Source of the DNA: Candidatus Saccharimonadota bacterium
GTDB taxonomy: Bacteria; Patescibacteriota; Microgenomatia; UBA1406; GWC2-37-13
Direction of reading: 5' to 3'
NCBI GenBank assembly: GCA_001790095.1
Contig: MGBH01000001.1
Span: forward strand, 510,001-542,000
DNA: 32,000 nt
The notes beneath the pieces were generated by a model. The model was given only the letters and a program-made list of their open reading frames with translations. It did not search any database and was not told the DNA's origin. The position numbers were made by a program, and so were the translations under genes. Shown here piece by piece: positions 18,427 through 26,806 of this stretch. Within the stretch, counting starts at the first letter, position 1, and every line of letters starts with the position of its first letter.

Positions 18427-19113
18427 ATGAAAGATCAAACAAACAACGTAGAAGCCATTGAGAGGCTATTTAACGCAGGAGTCCATCTCGGTCACAAAAA
18501 AAATCGTCTGCATCCAAAAGCACGCAAATATGTATATAAAATTGTAAACGGAACTGCGATTATCGACCTCACTAAAACATTATCACAGATACAAAGCGCT
18601 CAAGCTTTTCTCAAACAACAAGCAAAAGATGGTAAAAAACTTCTCGTTGTTGCAACTAAAAAAACCGTCAGTCAGTTTGTTACTGATACGTGCAAGGAGC
18701 ATGAGATCCCTTATATTACGATCAAATGGATGCCGGGGCTTCTCACCAATTTTGAAACACTCATGAAAAATGTCAAAAAGATGATCGATCTGGAAGACGC
18801 AAAAGCAAGAGGGGAATGGGACAAATTTGTAAAACATGAACGCACCAAATTAAATAAAGACCTAAACCGATTAAAAAGACTCTATATGGGGCTTTCAAAA
18901 CTCGGGAAAAAACCCGATGTCATGTTTGTCGTTGACGCCAGAAAAGAAAAAAACGCGATGATTGAAGCAAAAAAGAACAACATTCCAGTCGTCGCACTTC
19001 TTGATACAAATGCTAATCCTGATTCTATACCATATCCAATCGTTGGCAACGATGATGCTGCATCTGCCGCCCAAATAGTCATTAAAGATGTTATCGACGC
19101 GTATGTCAAATGA
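18427..19113 (+). CDS. rpsB: 30S ribosomal protein S2
   Basis: LFNAGVHLGHKKNRLHPKARKYVY, ...VATKK..., DVMFVVDARKEKNAMIEAKKNNIPVVALLDTNANPD... Confidence 0.95.
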   Translation: MKDQTNNVEAIERLFNAGVHLGHKKNRLHPKARKYVYKIVNGTAIIDLTKTLSQIQSAQAFLKQQAKDGKKLLVVATKKTVSQFVTDTCKEHEIPYITIKWMPGLLTNFETLMKNVKKMIDLEDAKARGEWDKFVKHERTKLNKDLNRLKRLYMGLSKLGKKPDVMFVVDARKEKNAMIEAKKNNIPVVALLDTNANPDSIPYPIVGNDDAASAAQIVIKDVIDAYVK

Positions 19114-19579
19114 AATCAAGATAAAGGTTGATTTTAGTAAACTCAAATCTTTGCGTGAAAAAACTGATGTGTCTTTCTCACTTTGCAAAAAAGCTTTAGA
19201 GGAATCTTCAAATAATATTGAAGACGCGAAAAAGCTTCTTACCAAATGGGGAGCTAAAAAACTGACTGAAAAATCAGATAGGTCTACTTCTCAGGGGGCC
19301 ATCTTTTCATATGTACACCATAATAAAAAGATTGCTTCGCTTGTTGAGATACAATGTGAAACGGATTTTGTATCAGGAAATGCACAATTTCAAACGTTAG
19401 GTCAAGAGTTTGCAATGCAGCTTGCATCCATGCCTGCTGAAACTATAGATGAACTCATGAATCAAGAATATGTTCGGGACCCATCCAAAAAAATGGGAGA
19501 TCTTTTTAAGGAAACTGCTTTGAAATTCGGTGAAAATATGAAGCTAACCAGAATTTTACGCTGGGCACTTGGTAACTAA
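19103..19579 (+). CDS. tsf: Elongation factor Ts (short form, about 158 aa)
   Basis: UBA-like N-terminus LKSLREKTDVSFSLCKKALEESSNNIEDAKKLL and core block IASLVEIQCETDFVSGNAQFQTLGQEFAMQLASMP. The start is placed at the ATG at 19103; the track ORF starts at 19088. It overlaps the rpsB stop. Confidence 0.85.
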   Translation: MSNEIKIKVDFSKLKSLREKTDVSFSLCKKALEESSNNIEDAKKLLTKWGAKKLTEKSDRSTSQGAIFSYVHHNKKIASLVEIQCETDFVSGNAQFQTLGQEFAMQLASMPAETIDELMNQEYVRDPSKKMGDLFKETALKFGENMKLTRILRWALGN

Positions 19580-19599
19580 CAATAAACTATCAATAAGCT

Positions 19600-20154
19600 A
19601 TGGATCTTAACGATTTTAAAAACCAACTTCAGTCAACTTCAGCTTCTTTAAAAGAAGATTTGAAAACCATTCGTACTGGTCGTTCTAATCCCGTCATCAT
19701 CGAACAACTGGTCGTTGATGCATACGGTGGTTCAACGAAGATGAAGCTTATGGAGATGGCAACCATTACTACAGAAGGATCTGCTGCCTTAGTTATATCA
19801 CCGTTTGATCCAAGCACAATACCTGATATTGAAAAAGCAATTTTAAAGTCACCTCTTGGTTTGAGTCCACAAGTACAAGGCACAAAGGTTATCATCCGCA
19901 TACCTCCACTTTCAGAAGAACAAAGAGAAAAATATGTGAAATTGGTGGGTCAAAAAGTCGAGGAAAAACGTGGTATTATACGCAATCATCGCGATGATAA
20001 AAGGAAAAAGATTAAATTGTCCTTTGACTCAAAAGAAATAACCGAAGATGACAAATACAGGATAGAAAAAGAAATCGACAACCTAACCCAAAAATCAAAT
20101 GAGGAACTACTCTTTATAAAGGAACAAAAAGAAAAAGAAATTAGAGAAGTGTGA
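19600..20154 (+). CDS. frr: Ribosome recycling factor
   Basis: LKTIRTGRSNPVIIEQLVVDAYGGSTKMKLMEMATIT...IRIPPLSEEQREKYVK...; length 184 aa. Confidence 0.95.
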   Translation: MDLNDFKNQLQSTSASLKEDLKTIRTGRSNPVIIEQLVVDAYGGSTKMKLMEMATITTEGSAALVISPFDPSTIPDIEKAILKSPLGLSPQVQGTKVIIRIPPLSEEQREKYVKLVGQKVEEKRGIIRNHRDDKRKKIKLSFDSKEITEDDKYRIEKEIDNLTQKSNEELLFIKEQKEKEIREV

Positions 20155-20166
20155 TATACTTTACAA

Positions 20167-21327
20167 ATGATAAGTTTAATTATCTTCTTTCTTATACTTG
20201 GTCTCTTAGTTTTAATACATGAATTTGGCCATTTTATCGCTGCAAAAAAGAGTGGAGTACTGGTGGAAGAATTTGGAATAGGCTTTCCACCACGCCTCTG
20301 GGGAAAAAAAGTTGGCGAAACCCTTTATAGTATAAACGCTCTACCATTGGGAGGATTTGTAAGGCTGTATGGGGAAGAATATGATGAAATGACAGATGGT
20401 AAATCGCTTAAAAATAAAGCTTTTGTCTACAAACATCCGTCAAAAAAAGTACTTATCGTCCTTGCGGGTGTCTTGATGAATACCATACTTGGAGTATCGA
20501 TCTATTATTCGCTTCTTTCTATAAATCGTTTCCAATCAGATCCAATCCCTCTTATCACACCTTATAAATTCCGTTTTGGCACACAGGAAGGAAGAGTGGT
20601 CACGACGAATATTCTTAAGGATTCACCCGCTGAAAAAGGTGGGCTCTCTGTTGAAGACATTATATTGCGTTATCAGGTTTCTGAAACCCAAAATACTGCA
20701 AAGTGGGTATCGGTAAGATCTTCTCAGGAGTTTATTAATGCGATAAAAGTCTCCCTTGGAAAAAATGTTTACCTTGAAGTAGAAAATATCAGAAACGGCA
20801 ATCGCAAAATCGTTTCTGTGACTCCATATTATAATAAAGAGTTAAAACGCGCAGTTATCGGTATCAATCTTCTTGATACGGTTGTACTAAAATACAACAC
20901 TTTTACCCAAAAGAGTTTATCTGGCTTTATGCATTCATACAACATACTTTCCTATAACTTTTCAACAATTGGTGAGCTCGTTAAGATAGCTTTTAAAGAA
21001 AAGTCATTTTCTCCTGTATCTCATACCGTTTCCGGACCAATCGGTATTTATTCCGTTGTAAACGATGTGGTACAAACATCCGGAGAAAAACTCATAAAGA
21101 ATATATTAAATATAGTCGGCCTTTTAAGTCTCTCACTTGCTTTTATGAATGTTCTCCCCTTACCCGCTCTTGATGGGGGAAGATTGATCTTTGTTATCTA
21201 TGAATGGGTCTCTGGAAAAAGAGTCAATAAAACGTTTGAAAAATATGTCAATCTTATTGGTTTTTTTTCCCTTATCTTACTTGGAATATTGGTATCAATA
21301 AATGACGTTGTGAGATTGTTTAGATGA
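20167..21327 (+). CDS. rseP: RIP (site-2) zinc metalloprotease, RseP/RasP family
   Basis: HEFGHFIAAKK (HExxH in TM1), a central PDZ-like segment, and NVLPLPALDGGRL (the LDG motif). Confidence 0.9.
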   Translation: MISLIIFFLILGLLVLIHEFGHFIAAKKSGVLVEEFGIGFPPRLWGKKVGETLYSINALPLGGFVRLYGEEYDEMTDGKSLKNKAFVYKHPSKKVLIVLAGVLMNTILGVSIYYSLLSINRFQSDPIPLITPYKFRFGTQEGRVVTTNILKDSPAEKGGLSVEDIILRYQVSETQNTAKWVSVRSSQEFINAIKVSLGKNVYLEVENIRNGNRKIVSVTPYYNKELKRAVIGINLLDTVVLKYNTFTQKSLSGFMHSYNILSYNFSTIGELVKIAFKEKSFSPVSHTVSGPIGIYSVVNDVVQTSGEKLIKNILNIVGLLSLSLAFMNVLPLPALDGGRLIFVIYEWVSGKRVNKTFEKYVNLIGFFSLILLGILVSINDVVRLFR

Positions 21328-21338
21328 TATAATCAACT

Positions 21339-21911
21339 ATGGAGCTTTCCTATAAAAATATAACCATCTCTGGAAAAATTGCGGTTGGCACCACGACTCT
21401 TGCAAAAAACCTTAGCAAAATCATTGGATGGAAGCACGTTAACGCCGGTTTTATTCAGCGAGAATACGATCGCAAAAATCACATACATGAAAACATGCAG
21501 GGAGCATCTGCTCGCTCTGATGAACATGAAAAAGGAATTGAGGCTATGACAAAACGGTTGCTTATTGAAAAACATCATTTAGTATATGAGGCTTGGCTTT
21601 CTGGATTTGTTGCACGAAAGATTCCCCAGGTTCTAAAAATTTTAGTTGTTTGTTCGGAAGACGCTATTCGGGTTGACCGAGTAGTGAATCGGGAAAACAT
21701 ATCTGTTGAAGAAGCAAAACAATGGATAAAACAAAGAGAAGAGGAAAATATTAACAAGTGGAAAAAATTGTATGGAGATTATGATTTCTGGGATCGTAAA
21801 TATTATGATCTTGTCATTGATACTTATTCCTCAGGTCGTCTAGAAACTCTCGGCAAAGTGCTTGATAAGCTTGGATTTCCTCATGACAATCTTTCTACCA
21901 TCGTAACATGA
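21339..21911 (+). CDS. Cytidylate-kinase-like (archaeal-type Cmk / COG1102-like) protein with a degenerate P-loop
   Basis: ITISGKIAVGTTTLAKNL aligns with the Walker A of its downstream paralog but lacks the invariant Lys (G-x4-G-T-T). The C-terminal block RE..SVEEAK.....RE.......YG.D..D...YDLVIDT is family-typical. TGATATAAT (21325-21333) lies 5 nt upstream of the ATG. Confidence 0.6.
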   Translation: MELSYKNITISGKIAVGTTTLAKNLSKIIGWKHVNAGFIQREYDRKNHIHENMQGASARSDEHEKGIEAMTKRLLIEKHHLVYEAWLSGFVARKIPQVLKILVVCSEDAIRVDRVVNRENISVEEAKQWIKQREEENINKWKKLYGDYDFWDRKYYDLVIDTYSSGRLETLGKVLDKLGFPHDNLSTIVT

Positions 21912-22438
21912 AATATCAAAAAATAACGATTTCGGGAAAAATCTGCACCGGAAAATCATCTCTCTTTAAAGCTCTTAAAAAAAAACTAAATTGGCCAACT
22001 TTTTCAACAGGTGCTTATTTTAGAAAATACGCTAAGGAACACCGTCTCATTCTTAACGAAGCTGAAGAACAAACGCAAAAACTCACGGTCAAAGTCGATA
22101 CGATGGTAAAAAAAATGCTAAAAAAGAAGGGGCCTCTTTTAGTAGATGCCTGGCTTGGTGGAATATTGGCTGACAAGAATCCAGACGTATTAAGGATTCT
22201 CCTTGTTACCCAAAATGGAGAACGATTCAAAAGGTTTGCCAAACGAGAGAAAGTATCTGTTGAAGAAGCAAAAAAGGAAGTATTATCTCGAGATAAAAAT
22301 TGGTTTGGTAAGGTAAGTGTTATTCATAACAGAACTGATTTTTTTGACAGAGAATATTATAACCTTATCATCAACACCACAGAACTTACGCTTGATCAAA
22401 TCCTGCAAAAAGTACTCTCAGTCCTACGTCATGATTAA
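21908..22438 (+). CDS. Cytidylate-kinase-like (archaeal-type Cmk / COG1102-like) NMP kinase
   Basis: Intact Walker A in ITISGKICTGKSSLFKAL, then FSTGAYFRKYAKEH, LVDAWLGG and YYNLIINT. Its ATG overlaps the stop of the upstream paralog (ATGA). Confidence 0.65.
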   Translation: MKYQKITISGKICTGKSSLFKALKKKLNWPTFSTGAYFRKYAKEHRLILNEAEEQTQKLTVKVDTMVKKMLKKKGPLLVDAWLGGILADKNPDVLRILLVTQNGERFKRFAKREKVSVEEAKKEVLSRDKNWFGKVSVIHNRTDFFDREYYNLIINTTELTLDQILQKVLSVLRHD

Positions 22439-22529
22439 AAATTTGTTGATAATGTGATAGCAAGATTTCTATTCCTATCTATTACAGCAAGTTATTAGGT
22501 ATAATGAATGATTAACCTTTCATTGCCTT

Positions 22530-24236
22530 ATGCTATATTCAAAACTCTTTGGAAAAACAAATAAAAAAAGCAAAGAATATAATTCTGTCAATGCTACTTT
22601 GTTACAAAAAGGGGGCTTTATCGATATGGTTATGGCGGGAGTCTATACTTATCTTCCCCTTGGTCTGAAAGTTTTGACAAACATCGAAAACATCATACGA
22701 GAAGAAATGAATACAATAGCCTATGAAGTACTTATGCCTTCTCTCACGCCCAAAACAGCTTGGGAACAAACCAAACGATTGAATACGGTCGATGTTCTAA
22801 TGAAGACCTCCCCTGCAAATGAAGCTGCCCTTGAAAAAAATAACTCAGAGTATATTTTAAATCCAACACACGAAGAAGTAGTTACTCCTTTAGCTCAAAA
22901 ATATAATTTAAGTTACAAGGATTTTCCATTTGCCGTGTATCAAATCCAAAGCAAATTCCGTAATGAACCCCGAGTAAAATCGGGTCTTCTTCGCGGGCGA
23001 GAGTTTCGTATGAAAGATCTTTATAGTTTTCATACATCGGTTGATGATTTTAAAGAATATTACGAAAAAGCCAAAGAAGTATATATGAATGTTTTTAAAA
23101 AGCTTGGCCTAGGTGACGATACAGTCATTACTCTTGCTTCAGGAGGCTCATTCACCGAGGATTTTTCTCACGAGTTTCAAACAATCTGTGAGTCAGGCGA
23201 AGATACTCTTTTTTATGTTAAAAGTAAAGATACTTATTACAATAAAGAAGTTGCGCCTTCAAAAGCTCCTAGAGTTGAATATACTGATAAAGAAATTATG
23301 TCCCGTAAAGACGTTCTTGGTGAAAATATAATAGGAGTCCAAGAGTTAGCTGATTTCCTACATATTCCTGTCGAAAAAACCACCAAAACACTCATTTTTG
23401 AAACAGATAAAGAAGAGATTGTAGCAGCGGCCGTACGCGGAGGATATGATATAAGCGAAGATAAATTAAAAAAAATAGTAGGCTGTAAGACAATTAAATT
23501 AGCCAGTAAGGAAGACGTAAAAAGGATTACCAAAGCAGAGGTAGGCTATGCGGGAGTTTTAAATTTACCTCCTGAGGTAAAAGTATTCTTTGATGAATCT
23601 ACCGATAATCGCATGAATTTTGAAACAGGGGCAAATAGGACTCACTATCATAGTATTAATGTGAATTTTGGAAGAGACTTACCCTACCCAGATAAATTTT
23701 ATGATTTTAAAGTAGTAAAAGAAGGAGATATGTTTCCAGCAACCGATGAGGTTTATAAAGTTTTTAAAGCTTCAGAGGTAGGTAATATTTTCCCACTTTA
23801 TACCAAATTTACTGCAAGTTTTGATTATACCTACAAAGAACAAAATGGAAAAGAAAAACCGGTATACATGGGGTGTTATGGTATCGGGTCTTCCCGTATT
23901 ATGGGAGTGATTGTCGAAAAATTCCATGATGAGAAGGGTATTGTGTGGCCAAAATCTGTAGCTCCTTTTCAAGTTCACCTTATCTCCATTGGAAAGGAAG
24001 AAGTCGAAAAGAAAAGAGGAGATCAACTATATAAAGACCTCAAAGAAAAGGGGGTTGATGTACTATATGATGACCGCGAGGTCTCACCAGGTGAGAAATT
24101 TGCAGATGCCGATCTTATAGGTATTCCCGTCCGATTGGTTGTATCGAAAAAAACAGGGGATAAGGTGGAATATAAAGAAAGAGCAGGTAAAGAAACGCAG
24201 CTATTAAGCTTGGAGGAGGTAATGAAACGAATATGA
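22530..24236 (+). CDS. proS: Prolyl-tRNA synthetase (bacterial type)
   Basis: LLQKGGFIDMVMAGVYTYLPLGLKVL, class II motif 2 FRNEPRVKSGLLRGREFRMKDLYSFH, motif 3 region GCYGIGSSRIMG, and a C-terminal anticodon-binding block VHLISIG...ADADLIGIPVRLVVS. Confidence 0.95.
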   Translation: MLYSKLFGKTNKKSKEYNSVNATLLQKGGFIDMVMAGVYTYLPLGLKVLTNIENIIREEMNTIAYEVLMPSLTPKTAWEQTKRLNTVDVLMKTSPANEAALEKNNSEYILNPTHEEVVTPLAQKYNLSYKDFPFAVYQIQSKFRNEPRVKSGLLRGREFRMKDLYSFHTSVDDFKEYYEKAKEVYMNVFKKLGLGDDTVITLASGGSFTEDFSHEFQTICESGEDTLFYVKSKDTYYNKEVAPSKAPRVEYTDKEIMSRKDVLGENIIGVQELADFLHIPVEKTTKTLIFETDKEEIVAAAVRGGYDISEDKLKKIVGCKTIKLASKEDVKRITKAEVGYAGVLNLPPEVKVFFDESTDNRMNFETGANRTHYHSINVNFGRDLPYPDKFYDFKVVKEGDMFPATDEVYKVFKASEVGNIFPLYTKFTASFDYTYKEQNGKEKPVYMGCYGIGSSRIMGVIVEKFHDEKGIVWPKSVAPFQVHLISIGKEEVEKKRGDQLYKDLKEKGVDVLYDDREVSPGEKFADADLIGIPVRLVVSKKTGDKVEYKERAGKETQLLSLEEVMKRI

Positions 24237-25066
24237 AAACAGTTGTTACTCACATGTCGGTTGATCTTGACGCCATAACGAGTCTGTGGCTTATTAAAAC
24301 ATTCCTTCCTCTGTGGGAAGAGGCCGATATTGTCTTTGCTGCATCAGGATCCTTGTGGAATAATGTTGTTGTTGATAGTGACCCCGATGTAATTTACGTA
24401 GATACTGGCCTTGGCAAATTTGATCATCATCAAACAACAGAACACACCTGCGCTTCAAAACGTGTTTTTGAATATTTATGCAAAGAGGGTCATATCGACA
24501 AGAAAATACAAAATGGGCTTGAACGGCTTATCCTTTTAGTAACAGACCTTGACCATTTTGCTGAATCCTCTTATCCTGACGCTCCTTCAGATAGATATGA
24601 TTTAAGTCTTTATCAACTTGTTGGGGCCCTCAAATATACTGTTGGTTCAGACAGTACAGTCGTCAACCTTACCTTTCCTTTTCTTGAGGCCGCTCTACAG
24701 GTGTTTGTAAATAAAGTTAAAGCTGAAAAAGAGATAAAAAATGGCTACATTCTCCAATCACGGTGGGGTAAGTCAATTCTTATTCTCACTAATAATAAAG
24801 AAGCCATGAAGCTTGCTCAAAAGATGGGATTTGCTCTTGTGGTGACAAAAGATCCAGATAAAGGGTTTGTCCGCATTAAGATTCCTCCTTCGGTAAAGGA
24901 AGATCTAACCCCATTGTATGAAAAGATCAAACAAGAAGACCCAAAAGCCTACTGGTATTTCCATGTTTCAAAACATATGCTACTTAATGACGCATCACAA
25001 AAGCCATCTTCAATTCCGTCTTCTCTCACGCTTCCAAAACTCATTGAAATAATAAACTCATTATAA
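24233..25066 (+). CDS. DHH-motif phosphoesterase-like protein (DHH/MYG1-like), function unknown
   Basis: VTHMSVDLDAITS (DxD), YVDTGLGKFDHHQ (the DHH motif). I saw no clear DHHA1 GGGH motif. Its ATG overlaps the proS stop (ATGA). Confidence 0.45.
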   Translation: MKTVVTHMSVDLDAITSLWLIKTFLPLWEEADIVFAASGSLWNNVVVDSDPDVIYVDTGLGKFDHHQTTEHTCASKRVFEYLCKEGHIDKKIQNGLERLILLVTDLDHFAESSYPDAPSDRYDLSLYQLVGALKYTVGSDSTVVNLTFPFLEAALQVFVNKVKAEKEIKNGYILQSRWGKSILILTNNKEAMKLAQKMGFALVVTKDPDKGFVRIKIPPSVKEDLTPLYEKIKQEDPKAYWYFHVSKHMLLNDASQKPSSIPSSLTLPKLIEIINSL

Positions 25067-25158
25067 TACAATAGTTATACGGTGATAAATTGAAAGCCAT
25101 AAAGTTTATGCTTTATCTGTGCTTTTTATATTATGACCTAATAAGTTTATTACTGATT

Positions 25159-25167
25159 AAGGAGGTG
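25159..25167 (+). promoter_or_regulatory. Strong Shine-Dalgarno sequence of rpsU
   Basis: AAGGAGGTG lies 8 nt upstream of the ATG at 25176 and is complementary to the CACCTCCTT 3' end of the 16S in this window. Confidence 0.7.
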
Positions 25168-25175
25168 TATTAATA

Positions 25176-25403
25176 ATGGTTGTCATAACAAGAAAAAAAG
25201 GCGAAACAAAAGACAGCATGTTTAGAAAATTCTCACGTGTTTTCATGGAAGAAAACATCGTTGATGAACTTCGCAAAAAACAATTTTACAAAAAGCCATC
25301 TCTTAAAAAAAAGGAAGAGGAAAAAGAGCGTATTAAGATGAGAGCAAGAAGAAGAAGAAACCGAAATAATTTTTTTCACAGCAGAACCTATAAAGAGAAA
25401 TAA
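25176..25403 (+). CDS. rpsU: 30S ribosomal protein S21
   Basis: A small, very basic protein: VVITRKKGETKDSMFRKFSRVFMEENIVDELRKKQFYKKPSLKKK... matches the S21 pattern. Confidence 0.8.
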   Translation: MVVITRKKGETKDSMFRKFSRVFMEENIVDELRKKQFYKKPSLKKKEEEKERIKMRARRRRNRNNFFHSRTYKEK

Positions 25404-25405
25404 TT

Positions 25406-25756
25406 ATGATCCATATCGTTACATCCTCTCGCTACAAAATAAATCGCAAAAGAATTAAAAAATGCATTGAGAAACTGTTTGATTATAGAGGTATCACAGA
25501 AGACATGCAAGTAAACTGTATTTTTATTGGTAAAACCAAGATGAAACAAATAGCATTACGCTATAAAAAAGAGGATGTAGCGCTTCCTGTGCTTTCGTTT
25601 CCATTTCTTGACGACACCCATCAAGAAGAAAGACTTCTTGGTGAGGTTTTTTTGTGCTATCCTCAAATCATTTTACTTGCTGCAGAACGAAACAAAAAGG
25701 TCGAAGACATGATTGATGCGATGATTGAACACGGAATTGAAAATTTATTAAAATAA
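25406..25756 (+). CDS. ybeY: YbeY-like protein (rRNA maturation endoribonuclease family) lacking the complete His triad
   Basis: IALRYKKEDVALPVLSFPF...LLGEVFLCYPQI...AMIEHGIENLLK* aligns to E. coli YbeY ...LTYRGKDKPTNVLSFPF...LLGDLVICRQV...HMVVHGSLHLLGYDH. The protein ends inside the zinc motif. Confidence 0.7.
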   Translation: MIHIVTSSRYKINRKRIKKCIEKLFDYRGITEDMQVNCIFIGKTKMKQIALRYKKEDVALPVLSFPFLDDTHQEERLLGEVFLCYPQIILLAAERNKKVEDMIDAMIEHGIENLLK

Positions 25757-26805
25757 TGTACTACCTTACTTACCGACCGAAAACGATTGAAGAAATCGAC
25801 AATGTTGCCCCACGTGAAATAATAAAAAAAATATTGGAGGGTAAATCTCTACCTCATGCTTTTCTGTTTGTCGGACAAAAGGGGACTGGAAAGACCTCAA
25901 CTGCAAGAATATTTGCAAAATCAGTAAACTGCCTTTCTAATTCATTCTCCAAATCTCATCATACACAAAAATCTGTTGAACCATGCAATTCTTGTGCTCA
26001 TTGCAAAAGTATTGATAAGTCTTCGTTTCCTGACGTGGTTGAGATGGATGCAGCATCAAACCGTGGGATCAACGAAATTAAAAGCCTTATTAAAGAATCC
26101 TCATTCTTACCCATTGCGGGCTCATATCGCATTTTTATCATTGATGAGGCACATATGATAACATCCGACGGATTCAACGCACTCTTAAAAACACTTGAGG
26201 AACCATCTCCTACCGTCATCTTTATTTTGGCTACAACCAATATGGAAAAGGTTCCAAAGACTGTCCTTTCTCGTTGTATACCGGTTGTGTTTGGAAAGGC
26301 AAAGAAAGATGAACTTGTACATATGCTACAACGCATCTGCCGTGAAGAAAAACTCAACATATCAAAAGAAATACTTGAGATTATTGCTCAACATAGTGAA
26401 GGCTCATTCCGCGATGCCGCCAAGCTTCTTGAAGAACTTGTCATACTCAATAGACTAAAAGAGGACGAAATTAAAAGTTATTTGGGAATACGGTCAAAAG
26501 AAAATCTTCTTGGAATACTTCACGCAAAACCCATCTCCGAAGCACTTGTATGGATTGATGAGTTTATACATACAGGCGGAAGTACTAAAAATCTTATCGA
26601 AGAGCTTTTATCTCAACTACATCTTATGCTTCTTGAGAAACACAAAGTAGGAGTAAAAATGCCGTTTTCTTTTTCACTTCAGGAGATTATGCTTCTTATG
26701 AAAGTACTAAGTGAGGCCTATAACTCCTTAAGACATTCTCCCTTAGAATCGATTCCTCTTGAGATGGCTGTTGTAGAATTTTATTCAAAAAGAAGTGAGA
26801 AGTAG
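25756..26805 (+). CDS. dnaX: DNA polymerase III gamma/tau subunit, short form (349 aa)
   Basis: YRPKTIEEI, Walker A FVGQKGTGKTSTARIFAK, zinc module CNSCAHCKSI, Walker B IFIIDEAHMIT, LKTLEEP and the SRC motif VLSRC. The start overlaps the ybeY-like stop (TAATG). Confidence 0.9.
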   Translation: MYYLTYRPKTIEEIDNVAPREIIKKILEGKSLPHAFLFVGQKGTGKTSTARIFAKSVNCLSNSFSKSHHTQKSVEPCNSCAHCKSIDKSSFPDVVEMDAASNRGINEIKSLIKESSFLPIAGSYRIFIIDEAHMITSDGFNALLKTLEEPSPTVIFILATTNMEKVPKTVLSRCIPVVFGKAKKDELVHMLQRICREEKLNISKEILEIIAQHSEGSFRDAAKLLEELVILNRLKEDEIKSYLGIRSKENLLGILHAKPISEALVWIDEFIHTGGSTKNLIEELLSQLHLMLLEKHKVGVKMPFSFSLQEIMLLMKVLSEAYNSLRHSPLESIPLEMAVVEFYSKRSEK

Positions 26806-26806
26806 T

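Noticed and set aside
25800-25830. The A-run (AATAAAAAAAATATT) near the dnaX 5' end as a programmed frameshift site like the E. coli dnaX gamma/tau site
   Set aside because: It lies at the extreme N-terminus, before the Walker A motif. A frameshift there would abolish the protein rather than create a gamma form. A-runs are frequent in this AT-rich genome.
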